Source of the DNA: Glycera tridactyla
Taxonomy: Eukaryota
Assembly (NCBI GenBank): GCA_965644265.1
Contig: OZ286465.1
Coordinates: 7,130,001 to 7,194,000, forward strand
DNA: 64,000 nucleotides
Reading direction: 5' to 3'
Shown here: positions 1 to 12,840 of the stretch, piece after piece
How the letters are laid out: each line of letters starts with the position of its first letter
How positions within the stretch are numbered: the first letter of the stretch is position 1
The notes under the pieces: model-generated
The model's input: the letters and a program-made list of their open reading frames with translations, nothing else
What the model was told of the DNA's origin: nothing
Database searches by the model: none
Program-made: the position numbers and the translations under genes

Positions 1-1241
1 ACTCTCTATACCCGTCTTCATGCACTAAAATCCAATTGACAAAAACACTGATTTTGTTGGTAATTCTAACACCATAGAGATACTGTAATCGGTTCCACTG
101 CATCCAATTGACGATTTTACCGAGTGTTTGATTCAGTACCTCGTGGAGCTAAAGCAGACAGTTGCTAACTTATCGCAGTGTCTAGTGTCAAGATAGAGGA
201 CCCAACAAGTTCACATGCTCCAAGGATGATCTTTTATTCCTCTGCTGGAACGAATGCAGAAGTACAAGAGCACATGCAGAGAACATGCAACATGACCCAC
301 GGATGTGTGGCACACAGCGACTCAATACACATGACTTGACTTGTCTGAAGGATACAGGATGGAACCAGAACAACTCAGGCCGTGCTGGGACTCAGGGAGA
401 GTCAACTAACCTTTTCGGACTGCGTCCTCATCAGGTGGTATTTGATCCCTCTGAGCTACCAAGGCTTGAATACCAGGGGAAGGAGCCGGTTCAAGAGAGA
501 AATGACGGGTCTAAGGTAGCCTTCCAGGGACTACATACCTAGGTGGTGGGGACTACCTACTCCCCTCACAGGGATAAATTTTATCCCAAACATAAATTGA
601 ACATGAGTGATCTACGGTGCTGGTACTTGGAGGGGAAGTATACAAAATGTATGGACGGAGTGTCCCAGGGCTCACAGTGTATGAAAACAGACAATTATAT
701 GGCACAAGATAGGAAACAAAATGGATAGGTAGAATCAAGTGAGAGCATATCCAGGCACTGGATGGCATATGTTGAGAAATGGATAATTGGTTCACATTTT
801 TTCAGCCGAACACGGGGAGTAAGGAGCAAGTGTCTCTCTTTTAGTGGTCTAAAATTTAGAAACATATTCCAAAGTTGGAATTGAAAATTGGAAATTAAAA
901 ATTGTACTCTGCCGAAGCAGAATGTCACATGAATCCAAGAAAAGCACGGGGAGTAAATTTTTTTTTTTTAATCACCCTGTTAGTGTCGTTGGCATCGAGC
1001 TGTACAATTACATTTTGTGTGGCGCCACTCAGCTAATGCTGTAAGGCATTAATATATAAACTAAATAGCAATAGACCCAGAGTTGATCCCCGAGGGACGC
1101 CACACAACATATACAATTCAGGGGATCTCCTGCCACATAGACAATTTGAGATCCATTCAATCGCTAATTTTCCCATTTCATACCCCGATAATACAAGATA
1201 CATTCACGGCTATGGGAGGGGCACAGTTATTTCTCGTTGCT

Positions 1242-2075
1242 GATGGGACTTGAGAGGGCAAAACTATGGTGGTACACTTTTAGGCTCGGTGGGGATTGAA
1301 AGAGCAAAGCACTGTTGGTACAGCGTTAAGGTTGGTGTGGCTTGAAAGGGCAAAGCACTAGTGGTACAGCTTTAGGCGTGGTGGGACCTGAGAGGGCAAA
1401 TCACTGGTGGTACAGCTTTAGACCTAGTGTGGCTTGAGAGGGCAAAGCACTGCTGGTACAGCTTCAAGTCTGGTGGGGCTTGAGAGGGCAAAGGACTGCT
1501 GGTATACCTTTAGACCTGGTTGGGGCCTGAGAGGGCGAAGCATTGGTGGTACAGTGTTAGCCTGGTGGGACTTGAGAGGACAAAGCACTGCTGGTACAGC
1601 TTTAGGCCTGGTGGGACTTGAGAGGACAAAGCACTGCTGGTACAGCATTACACCTGTGGGTTGTCCAGTTGCAACTAACAACCGCTTACGTTTTGTAATG
1701 GAAACAGGGTCCCTGTCATTCTTGACTCTTAAAATAAATGATATGTGATAGGGGATTTGGCAAACGTTTTCTCTGTTAGCTCAAGTAAACAGTCTGCTGT
1801 TGGGGCCTGAGACAGCGAAGCATTAAGTCGGTGAAGCTTGTGAGGGCAAAGCACTGTTGGTATACCTTTAGGTCTGGTGGGGCTTGAGAAGGCAAAACAC
1901 TACTGGTACAGCTTTACACCTGGTGGGACTTGAGAGGACAAAGCATTGCTTGAACAGCTTAGACCTGGTGGGACTTGAGAGCACAAAGCACGGCTTGTAT
2001 ACCTTTAGGTCTGGTGGGGCTTGAGAGGGCAAAGCACTGCTGATACAGTATTACACCTGGTGGGCCCGGTGAGGC
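1242..2075 (+). repeat. 46-bp minisatellite array A (GGTGGGACTTGAGAGGACAAAGCACTGCTGGTACAGCTTTAGGCCT), interrupted at ~1657-1796
   Basis: Period 46 read directly (CCTGGTGGGA at 1561 and 1607). Non-coding because the period is not a multiple of 3. Confidence 0.95.
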
Positions 2076-2202
2076 TCAGGAGGGCAATGCACTCATGGAT
2101 AATCATCTCGTGTTATGGTGAATTCATCATGCTTATGGCATATATAGCTAGATTTTCAACAATAATTTTTCACAAGAACTACAAGACCTCGATAATTCAC
2201 TT

Positions 2203-2350
2203 TCTGTGGAGCAGTGGTTAGTAGTGCTGGCAGTGTGTTGCTGGCAGTGGGTGCCTTGCTCAGAGGTTGCGTGTTCAAACCCTGTATGAGACCAATAAAT
2301 TGGGCTTGGGCACTTGACACATCTCATGAACCTGTTGTCACATGCATCAT
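2203..2350 (+). mobile_element. tRNA-derived SINE head (paralog at ~38808-38960)
   Basis: A-box-like TGGAGCAGTGG at ~2207 and B-box-like GTTCAAACCC at ~2273; no complete cloverleaf. Confidence 0.5.
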
Positions 2351-2797
2351 GTCACTGACAGTAAATCCATAAAAAATGTGTGTGTATGTATGTGTGAAAG
2401 TGTGTGTGTGTGGGAGGGGGTGGCAGTGTGAAGTGTGGCCCACTAGGTAGCTCTTGCGAGAAATACACAAAATCTGCTTTGTAAACAATTTTATTGGTTT
2501 TTTATATTTAAATAGCCAGTACCTATCTGACATAGATATGAATAGACAACATACTGAACCAAACCAGGGTAGATATATCCACATGAGTTAAGCTATACAA
2601 ACTAATCTGGATACAAATACAAAATATCTATGTATACGTCGCCAAACAGTGAACATTCAATGAGTATTATGGATAGTTCGGGAGGGAAAAACTGATGAAC
2701 AGCAAACAATGCCACAGAGTATTATATGTCCTGCCAAAGACATCGTCCATATTTCATATCATGATAAACGGGAACTCTTGGCAGCCATAAAATATGT

Positions 2798-2950
2798 CAA
2801 AATTCAATCACAGGCAGAGGGTCGCACCTCTCCAAAATTAGACCAATCACCCATGAATAGCTAACAGCAGCACTGGGAAGATCACAACCTCAGGCTCTGA
2901 CAGTGGTACTGGACTAAGATCAGTCAAAACAGTCAAACAAACAAACAAAC
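2798..2950 (+). mobile_element. 5'-truncated SINE/LINE 3' tail with (AAAC)n end and 7-bp TSD
   Basis: AATATGT flanks both sides (2791-2797, 2951-2957). The paralogous site at ~39405 is empty. A related tail lies at 3560-3755. Confidence 0.8.
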
Positions 2951-4054
2951 AATATGTAATGTGAAATGCACTCTCATCTGTCAATTGTCGTGAGTGCATG
3001 TATGTGTCAGGTTGCAAAAGCCGATAACAGGGCGGGCAGCGAGAGCTCTGCTCTCGACATCGGCCCCGTGCAAGTGCCGTTGCGTGTGAAACTCTGAGCC
3101 CTCATAAAAGTAACTTCATCTCTAGCACCCCCACAATTTACATCAAACAAGGAGAGTGTCATTTCAAAAGATTTTATCACTCAGCTATCTCCTCAAATAT
3201 CATCCACATTGAAGCTGCTCTATCTCAAAACTTACACACTCTGATTGGTCAAGCATTTTGATGACTCTGCCTCAGAGCGAGTGGGCAGTGCCAGTTTGAT
3301 TAGAAATTTGCAGCTCCCCCCCCCCCCCCCATACACACACATAAACATTGCCATGTGGTGTACTAGTAGTGTCTTCACACATGACACAAATTTAAAAGGG
3401 CTGCCTGGGATGACCTTAACAGAGGTGTGAGGAGGCCTACTATACACTACACCAATATTCACAGACTACATCACTGGTCTGCCCCAATACTTGAGTGTTG
3501 AGTTTGAAACACGGAAACAGGCTTAAGCTACACACCTTCAGGGCTGGGTGATGATGTGAGAACCAATCTGGGATCTGAAAACAATGGCCCTATGTTAGCG
3601 ATGGTGCTTTGATAAGTGACTAAACAACAACTACGCCTTTTCGAGATTAGACCTGTCACAAATGAAAATCTGACAGCAGAACTGGGAAGATCAGAACCTT
3701 CGGGCTTTGATAGTGATACTGGGTACTGGGCTGGAATCAGTCAAACAAACAAACATACATGAAGATGAATAGGCACTGAACAACCGAACAGCACAAAAGT
3801 GAATATCATACATTACAATGTGATGATACACCTATCTCCCAAATCCTTCAATATCATTGCTCCATATATATACAAATACACTGAGACAAAGGTCCATATA
3901 TGTGTGTGTACTCACTATGTGTACGTCATTCAACAGAACATATGTGGACGTTTTTTTACCCCCAAACTTTATACATGAGAACCAACCTTTGACTACATAG
4001 GAGTAAACTGACCTGTGCCTCGCCACTCCTGCATTGAACATTCGCATCTGATTA

Positions 4055-4220
4055 CAGTGGAACCTGTATTAAGCAACCACTGTGTTCAGCAACCACCTAT
4101 CTTAAGCAGCTGCTTTCTGATATACTGTTAGAGTATAATTTACCTGCATTAAGCACCGATCGTCTTGAGCAACCACTTTTTTCATTTCCAGAGGGTGGTT
4201 GCTTGATATAGATTCTACTG
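4055..4220. mobile_element. Tc1/mariner-pogo-like MITE (CAGTGG termini, TA TSD); paralog at 40182-40347
   Basis: TA|CAGTGGAACCTGTATTAAGCAACCAC ... GGTGGTTGCTTGATATAGATTCTACTG|TA. Related CAGTGAAACC/GGTTTCACTG elements recur throughout (e.g. ~4843-4932, ~5900-6000, 35060-35415, 53900-55540). Confidence 0.8.
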
Positions 4221-6740
4221 TATCTGCATCTAAGATGTGTATCGAGTCATCTAGCACGTGTGTATACTATCTATGTCGGTTTTTGTGTGGTCCATAAATA
4301 CTATTTGGCGTAGATAAGAATGTAACATGTGCACTGATCCATCATGTGCCAAGCAAAGTTCATCTTAGAATTTAGTGAGGAAATAAACACTAGAAGTTAC
4401 AGGCTTTTGTTGTAGTTCTAAGAGCTCTAGAGGAAGGTCAACAGGCCAAAACTACTAGAGCCTAGACTGTTTGGCCCACCGAGCTGCCCATGATTTTTTC
4501 TAGGAAGGGCCAGGACCGTGAGTGAGGTTTTACCTTCCAACTCACTAGTTCTGGATCCAGCATTAATTCCTACCAATCCCCGCCCTATGTCTCTAGAAAA
4601 GAACCTGCCCCAGTAGCTCTTTATTGTAAATGTAGAAGTGCCTCCACCATCCGTTTGAAGGTACATACAATGTACTTATTTGTCATTTGGTGATGTCTAT
4701 TAATCCATGTCACATCTTTATCAGAAAATCTCTGTACTGGAATGAATATATGTGACAAAGTTGAATAGAGTTCATTCATAGAACATCGTGATTTCATCAA
4801 CCAATAGTACCCAGTCAATGTCAGTTCGACATCGAGCAATTTACAGTGAAGCCAGTGATGAGAGACCCCCTGATGAGAGACCACATCTGACCGGAGACAT
4901 TTAGGGTGGTCTCTCATCGCAGGTTTCACTGCATGAGAAGGAGTGGAGTAGGAAATGGAAATTGTGAGGCTTTAGGTCCACTTTCTGCACTTGAGTAGGC
5001 TAAATCAGATCACCCACCAAGGAGGATCGAAGATGAAGGGTGAAACATTCCACCAGCATGGTAGTGGAGTAGTGAGTGTACGATCTACAAAGTTAATGAG
5101 CCAAAATAGCTTACAACAAAATTTCAAACTGAAATTTACACATCAAGTCAAGTTCAGGTGACAAATATTCTCCGTCAGTCGAACAATTTCCTATGAGCAA
5201 TCTTGGTCTCACTCACAAACATATTCAAATTCATGTTTGTATACGTATATATACATTCAAGTATACAGAGAAGTTTACATATGCAATGCACATATAAATA
5301 TATATCTACATGCATATAAATGACTTACTCGCAGAAATGCCCTAGGGTGTAATATGTATACAAATCATACACATATTCCACTCAACTGTAAGGGCATGCT
5401 TGCGATCAAACTGCTTCTATGCTAATGTACAATGTCAAAACTTTTTCATAACATTCATCATCCAACAGCAACAATCTGAATCAATTACATCTTCTGGTTC
5501 AGTGAAAACTTCATCTTATTGCATCGGAACAACAGAAAAACGAGTTAGGGCCAAAATCGAACATTCTTCAGGAAATTCATGGAAATTCATGGTGAAATCC
5601 TCGATTTCAGACAATTTGCGCCCACCACCATGAATGAAACATGCCTGGATGTGAAGATTAGTTCCTACATAAATTTCTGTGTGAGTGACGACATGCACGA
5701 GGGTGAATCTACAACTTGGCAATTGAAATACACTTATTGCATACATCGAACAACATTTTTAAGTCACCTGTTTTGTGCAGACTCCACCCATCCATGCATA
5801 GTAACTGCAATATTGGTAATCACAATCCACTTATATCCACTCTATCCTATAGATCATTCTCACAATCTATTGTTTCAAACAATCATCTATAAGTGAACCA
5901 GATTCAGTGAAACCTTTTTTTACGTAGTCATATATACATCTGACGAGAGACTGTTTTTAGTGACATTTTAGGTGGCCTCTCATGACAGGTTTCACTGTAT
6001 GTTTGTTTGTTTCTTTGTTTGAGGTTTAACGGCATGTATCAACCCACAGGATTATGTATGCCGTGTGTTCCTGGTCAATGAGAGCTAGATGTTCTCTCCG
6101 CTGCAGACATCACTCTCACAAACCCTGAATCAATGAAATCTTTTCAGCCAGTAACTAGTAAATATTTTCAACTACTGTGAATTTGCATTCATACAATGTA
6201 GGAAATTTGCCAACATTTCTCTACACCAGTAGGAAACAAAAAACTACGAATGCATACATATTCAGAACCCATAGCTGTACAACCTCTCAAGACTTTTACG
6301 AACATATTATTTGGGAACCAGCAATCATACAAAGCACATTTCACAGACCAGTTGCTGTCAAACATAACACATATCCATTGACATAATGTACTTGTATACT
6401 TTGCAATATGCATTTGATCCATCCATGGAGACCATACATAGACCGAGCTGAATGAGCGTCTGGTAGGGAACCATTTATCCAATGAGTGGCAGTAAGCATA
6501 GGTATATGTCAAGTACGAAGCACATGCGATATCCCTACACATGCCGCCACAAATCTCAATCAGACACAAGTTCACTTCTGTCTTTATCACATGACATGAT
6601 TAGCCCGCCTTAGTGCAACATTAAAATTCATTCATTCATGAAAAGTAGTCCCGCATCATGGCAAATACCAGCTCTTTATAGTTCTCATTGACATTTGTGC
6701 AAATCTGTATAACATATTAGTTATGCATGCCATATAATAA

Positions 6741-7342
6741 TATAACAAGAAATCATGGGGTGTTGTCCCAACGAGTTATACACCACGAGGTGTGTATTGT
6801 CGGTATAATTCACGAGGCCGAAGGCTGAGTGAATTATTGTGACAATACACACAGAGTGGTGTATAACTATTGGGAGAACACCTCATGGTTTCTTGCTTAT
6901 ATACCATGATTTAGCATGCTACTTCAAGGCCATTCGCTTATCTGTTTGAATTCAACTTATTTGTTGATTGCTTTTATCCCATCAGAAACCCCATGTCTGT
7001 AACATATCGGAGTTACCCTGAATAACAGACATGAACATATAGGCAGAATTCCACCCAAAACGAGCTAGGAATCTGAAAGTTTTCTCGGTAAACAGGGCAG
7101 ATCATGAAAAATCCAACAATGTACTATTTGTGTGTGTAGATCCTAAATCCATTACATGCAATCGAGAATTGAATGGACCACGAATCATTTTACGGACATC
7201 AACTTTGCCTGACAAGTCGCCTGCACAAGTGTGTCTATTTCAGGGGTGATCCATTTCATGCCGCGGCCGCGGACACAGTGGTCCCGACGAGTTATATTCA
7301 ACACCCTGTATTCAACCGTACTTAGCACTAATCGTGGTATAT
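6741..7342 (+). mobile_element. Non-autonomous hairpin-ended element (superfamily unresolved; Crypton- or Helentron-like)
   Basis: Imperfect palindrome of ~160 bp at 6741-6903 with apex GGCC-GAA-GGCT. TATATACCATGATT (6898-6911) is inverted at the far end (7330-7343, 13/14 match). Absent from the paralogous site at ~45140-45150. Confidence 0.75.
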
Positions 7343-8784
7343 AGTTCGTATATTCCTCGTGATTCTACTCATCATTTGCAAATCATGGCATTCAATCATT
7401 CTGTTGATGAGCAACCACCCAAAATGTCAACATAAAGTGGCCTAAAAATGTGCGTTCCCTAATTGGGAGTACATTCGATGAATTCAAATGCAATAGATAC
7501 GACTTCCAAAAAGTGGCCGTTCAATACGGGTGGTCCATCATCGACAGGTCTCTGTGTCTTTTTGCAGGTTTGACTGTATCACACTGATGATATAACTGGT
7601 ATTTTCTTTTTTAAATGAGAATGCAAATGAAGGGAGGATGGTGGTACAGTACAACACAACTTATACTGACATCCAGAAACCTGGAACGCTGTTCCATAAA
7701 TATGTGCCATGGATTGCACTGTATTCATTGTATCAGCCATCTAGCAGATGGGGAGGTGCTAATAGATATGCAGGTTGCCACTATATGTCACTCCCACCAA
7801 TACCCACCTTACAGGATGACTGCCCTTGTACATGACCTGAAGAAAACGCCAAGGATGAAGTTGGGGTTTCGTCCATCAGAAAATGCCAACACACAATTTC
7901 ATAAAACTACTTTACAGTGCAACACGAATGCTGGATCATAATAATCATTACTATCGTTTCAGGAATTGGTGGGTAGAAAAAAAACATTGCGCCCTAATCA
8001 ATCAATCAATCAATCAGCATAACGTCTTTTCCAGCATTACAAGAAAATAAAAAGAACGCCAAAATACGATTGGAAAAGTGAATATATAAACGATAAATGG
8101 TTATGTGATTATGAATTATGAGCCAACTGGGGTAATATGAAGATGAAGTGTGATAAAATCCTACCACCAGACATCTTGTCTTACTAAAAGTTCAGAGATA
8201 ATCGGTTTCGCTGCATCAACAATTTTACCTAGTGTTTGATTCAGTACCTCAGGTAAAGTGGTAAGTCATCAATATATAAACGATATAGCATGATTGACCC
8301 CTATGAGATGGCACACAACATAGGTAATTCAGGAGAGAGGGAGAGATTCTTCCACTTCCGAGTCCTGGCACATGTTTTATTTTTAACATTTTATTTATTT
8401 TTGCCAAAATACAATTAAACACCAAATACAGTGATCATCTCCAGGTTGACGACTGGTAGCACATCATCAAATACGATACAATGATGAAACATGAGTGTGA
8501 ATATTTACAAATGGTGATGGTATGAGATGAGAGAAATGAGTGATAATGAGTGAGATTGACCGGTTGTCATCAATTAAATATGAATATGATCAAATTCACA
8601 CGACTCTATACTCTATGTTATTCTTATTTGTTCCTGAGATGATGATGATAGCAAGGTGAGAAGATATCAGTACATCTGGAGCACATTTGTAGAGGAGATA
8701 CAGAGAGACATATCGGAGGGATATAGGATAATTTGAGATCCATTTTCCTAATGATTATGGGAGGCACACACATATTTTCATTAC

Positions 8785-10158
8785 TGGTGGGACTTGAGAG
8801 GGTAAAGCACTGCTGATACAGCATTAGGCCTGGTCTGACTTGAGAGGGCGAAGCACTAGTGGTACAACTTTAGGTCTGGTGGGACATGTGAGGGCAAACC
8901 ATTGCCTTTACAGCTTTAAGCCTGGTGGGGCTTGAGAGGACAAAACACTGCAGGTACAGCTTTGGGCCTGGTGGGACTTGAGAGGGCGAAGCACTGCTGG
9001 TGAAGCTTCAAGTCGGTGAGGCTTGTGAGGGCAAAGCACTGTTAGTATACCTTTAGGTCTGGTGGGGCTTGAGAAGGCAAAGCACTACTGGTACAGCGTT
9101 ACACCTGGTGGGGCCTGAAATGGTGAAGCACTGGTGGTACAGCTTTAGGCCTGGTTGGACTTGAGAGGACAAAGCACTGCTGGTACAGCGTTATACCTGA
9201 TGGGGCCTGAGCGGACAATGCACTGTTGGTAGCTTTAGACCTGGTGGGGCTTGGGAGAGCAAAGCACTGCTCGTACAGTGTCACATCTAGTGGGCCTGAA
9301 AGGGCGAGGTATTAGTGGTACAGCTTTAGGCCTGGTAGGACTTGTGAGGACAAAGCACTGTTGGTACAGCTTTAGACCTGGTGGGACTTAAGAGGGCAAA
9401 GCACTGCTGGTACAGCTTTAAGCCTGGTAATACTTGAGAGGGCGAAGCACTGCTGGTGCAGCATTACGCTTAGTGGGGCATGGGAGAGCAAGCACTGCTG
9501 CTATAGCGTTACACCTGGGCCTAGTTCGGCTGGGTGACAATTGTCGACAATTGTCGACAATCTTGCATTTGACTCGTCATATTGTTAACAAATTGTCGAC
9601 AATTGTCGACATTATGACGAGTCGAATGCAAGATTGTCGACAATTGTCAACAATTGTCAACCAGCCGAACATGCTCCTGGTGGGGCCTGAGAGGGTGAAG
9701 GATTGTTGGTACAGCTTTTAGGGCTGGTGGGACTTCAGAGGACAAAGCACTGCTGGTATACCTTTAGGTCTGATGGGACTTAAGAGGGCAAAACACTGCT
9801 GGTACAGCTTTAGACCTGGTGGGGTTTGAGAGGGCAAAGCGCTGCCGGTACAGCTTTAGGTCTAATGGAACTTGAGAGGACAAAGCACTGCTGGTACAGC
9901 ATTAGACCTGGTGGGACTCGGGAGGGCAAAGCGCTGCCGGTACAGCTTTAAGTCTGGTGGGGCTCGAGTTGGCAAAGCACTGCTGGTACAGCTTTAAGCT
10001 TGGTGGGACTTGAGAGGACAAAGCACTGCTGGTACAGCGTTACACCTGGTGGGGTCTGAGAGGAAAAGCACTGCTGGTATAGCGTTATACCTGGTGGGGC
10101 CTGAGAGGACAAAGCACTATTGGTACAGCTTTAGACCTGGTGGGACTTGAGAGGAAAC
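8785..10158 (+). repeat. 46-bp minisatellite array B
   Basis: Same unit as array A; shares the diagnostic variant unit AAGTCGGTGA(A/G)GCTTG (~1825, ~9010, ~38288). Confidence 0.95.
9518..9676. mobile_element. Palindromic PIF/Harbinger-like MITE, 159 bp, CTG TSD
   Basis: Termini GGCCTAGTTCGGCT and AGCCGAACATGCTC; CTG at 9515-9517 and 9677-9679; five exact TTGTCGAC motifs (9541, 9551, 9593, 9603, 9634); the whole element folds back on itself. Confidence 0.85.
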
Positions 10159-11392
10159 TAGGCCTGTAGGCCCCAAAAGAATGGCAGCAATACCACAGCA
10201 TGACTCCTGTCTCCGAATATGAAAGTAACACAAAACATCAATCTCACCAACTTACAATTTAATCGAATGGTATCTCATAAAAACAACCTGAAGTTTGACA
10301 TGAGAGTAGTACCTATGCAAGTCAACATCATCTGTAGCTCTGAAATTTAAGCTCATTGGAACCTTTTTCTGGGGAGTTACCTTTTATTGATGTGTATTGG
10401 TTTCATAAATTTTAACCTTCTGTTAGGGACCCAGAAGGAGGAGTTTGGAGAATGATCCCACCCATGCCCATTGCACGGGCGTCACAATGTAGCACAGGTG
10501 GAGCTGATGTGACGTTGAACCCCCAACAAAACAAAAAAAACAAATATCGGGATAACTTCAGAACACGGTCCTAAATGCAATGAACAAATAAAGCATTTGA
10601 CATGGCTGCTGAAGTGGCTGCCTAGCCTAATAAGAACGAATCTATGAACTAACTGTGTTAAATTCCCTTCGCGTAAGGGGAAAATCACCCCGGGGGAAGT
10701 CTGAAGCCATGTTTGCAGCCATTTCAGCAGCCTCATCAGCAGCCACTTCGTATTCTGAGTAAAAATGAAACCCGAGATAGTTTATGATGAAATAAAGTAC
10801 ATATTTTCTCACTTTACATGTGTTATGTTGATTTGTAAACAGCCGTATGTCATCCCTAATGTGATGTAATACTATCCGCATCCATAACTAAATCGAAAAG
10901 TAAATCAAGGAAATTACCTTAAGATTCCGTGTGCAGCATTATCGTATCAATTCTAAATCAGTAAATAATCAGACCAGAAGTAAGTGAATCGGCGCCAAGA
11001 AGAAGGAGTGTCATTGCGCACAGAGAAAATAGTTCCTTAGTTACTGTCATGTTTTCTATGAATTAAACGATCGTTTTGGCGTCATACCTCTTCAAATGTG
11101 CTTTTCATACTAATTTGATGTGAACAGTGGTTTTAAATGACTTTGAACCCGGATTCCGATTTTAGTGTAATTCGCGGCGAAAATGACGCAACCAATCAGC
11201 GTGTGAGATTTGGTCACGTGACCTAGCGGGATGCAGTCACGTGACCATTTCACCAGTCAACTCTTTCACTTTTGAAATTCGCTTGCGTTACGATCTCACA
11301 CGATATGGAGTATATTTGAGTGGACCAGAACACGAGAAGATTCAATTTCTTTTCTACGTGAAAAGAATGTTCTACGAAAAGGATGTTACTGC

Positions 11393-12235
11393 ATGGATTG
11401 CCAAGTATGGATGAGGCAGGAGCGATACAATCAAAGAAAAATTGATGGATATGTCTTTAAGTGTCTGTCATGCAAGTTGCGCAAGTCCATCCGTGATGGT
11501 TCATTTTTGTCCAAACAAAAAATGGAATTCCGGTATGTTATCATGCTTCTGTACTTCTTCGCAAAGAACATAGCCATCAATGTAGCCTCTCAGATGTGTA
11601 ATGGTGTGGTTTGCGAGCACTCTGTTACTGATTGGTTCAACCTATTCAGAGATCTGATGTGGCGTTACGTTGACAAGAATGAGGAGAAAGTAGGAGAACC
11701 TGGAACCATAGTTGACATTGATGAAAGCTTGTGGAGAGGAAAAGCCAAGTACCACAGAGGCAGACATCCCCCTAATGCTCCTTGGATTTTTGGAGACACA
11801 CAGAAAGTTATTTTGCGTCAAGTCGAATCTAGGACAGCTGAGGTTCTTCTAGGTTGCATAGAAGAGATGATTGAGCCAAGAACCACAATCATATCAGATG
11901 AGTGGAGGGCTTATAATGGGATAAGTCAGCACAGAAACCACTACATACATAAGACAGTTTGTCATGCTGAAGACTATGTAAATCCGGATGACGATGAAGC
12001 CCATACACAGTCTATGGAAGGATTTTGGGGTAATGCTAAGCTGTTGATCAAACGTATGCATGGTGTGAGACATGATAGGTTGGGACCATATCTGAGAGAG
12101 ATACAGTACAGGTGGAACCATAAAGGTCAGGATACCTTCGAAGACCTGCTTCAGCTGATGGGAACTTATTACAACGTAACAAACAACGACCTGCCAGCAG
12201 AAGTTCTGGCAGCCATGCCTGATGCGCGCCTTTAG
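11393..12235 (+). CDS. Merlin / IS1595-ISXO2-like DDE transposase
   Basis: Motifs VDIDESLW, IISDEWRAY and HTQSMEGFW, plus an N-terminal Cys ribbon (CYCMDC...FKCLSC). The frame is open from 11276 but the first ATG is at 11393. TIRs not found. Confidence 0.9.
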   Translation: MDCQVWMRQERYNQRKIDGYVFKCLSCKLRKSIRDGSFLSKQKMEFRYVIMLLYFFAKNIAINVASQMCNGVVCEHSVTDWFNLFRDLMWRYVDKNEEKVGEPGTIVDIDESLWRGKAKYHRGRHPPNAPWIFGDTQKVILRQVESRTAEVLLGCIEEMIEPRTTIISDEWRAYNGISQHRNHYIHKTVCHAEDYVNPDDDEAHTQSMEGFWGNAKLLIKRMHGVRHDRLGPYLREIQYRWNHKGQDTFEDLLQLMGTYYNVTNNDLPAEVLAAMPDARL

Positions 12236-12840
12236 GAAGTAATGCATCCTAATGTAAATAATGTGTTGTCTTGTACATAATGTGGAAGTCCTTCTTTACA
12301 TATTTGTCTTTTGATGTAGTAATTGAATGGTAATTTGCAATGGATTTGTCAATGTGTCAATGTCAAGAAACTGTGATAACATACAACTTTCGTTGCCCGA
12401 GAGAGCATCTGAGTGGTTGGTTCGTACTGCCAGCAGAAGTTCTGGCAGCCATGCCCGATGCGCGCTTTTAGGAAGTAATGCATCGTAATGTAAATAATGT
12501 GTTGTCTTGTACATAATGTGGAAGTCCTTCTTTACATATTTGTCTTTTGATGTAGTAATTGAATGGTAATTTGCAATGGATTTGTCAACGTGTCAATGTC
12601 AAGAAACTGTGATAACATACAACTTTCATTGCCCGTGAGAGCATCTAAGCGGTTGGTTCGTACTGAAATGGCAATGGAATCGCACATTTGTGGTGGACAA
12701 CGATAGCGGTCAAGGTGTCAATGTCAAGAAACTGTGATAACATACAACTTTGTCAAAGTCAAGAAACTGTGATAACATACAACTTTCGTTTCCCGTGAGA
12801 ACATGGCAATGGAATCGCACATTTGTGGTGGACGACGATA
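12191..12840 (+). repeat. 236-bp tandem duplication of the transposase 3' end and 3' flank, plus partial copies
   Basis: CTGCCAGCAGAAGTTCTGGCAGCC at 12191 and 12427; GTCAAGAAACTGTGATAACATACAACTTT occurs four times. Confidence 0.9.

Larger units (their letters stand above)
80..7720 (+). repeat. Segmental duplication copy A
   Basis: 80-142 and 1050-1250 align with 8190-8250 and 8270-8790. 2160-7720 aligns co-linearly, same orientation, with 38765-45510 (shared SINE head, MITEs and unique text such as GCACATTTCACAGACCAGTTGC / ACATATTTCATAGAACAGTTGC). Many substitutions and copy-specific insertions. Confidence 0.9.

Noticed and set aside
188-930. Several 60-85 aa ORFs
   Set aside because: No recognisable motifs, all frames are interrupted, and I could not support a splice structure.
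2203-2290. True tRNA gene
   Set aside because: A/B boxes are present but there is no acceptor or anticodon stem; treated as a SINE head.
1242-10158. 46-bp arrays as a CRISPR array or a coding repeat
   Set aside because: Units are contiguous with no unique spacers, the context is eukaryotic, and the period is not a multiple of 3; the ORFs here are by-products.
10642-10760. Possible antisense exon upstream of the Merlin ORF (TACTCAG|EYEVAADEAAEMAANMA...)
   Set aside because: The acceptor is plausible but there is no matching upstream exon or homology; the sequence is low complexity.
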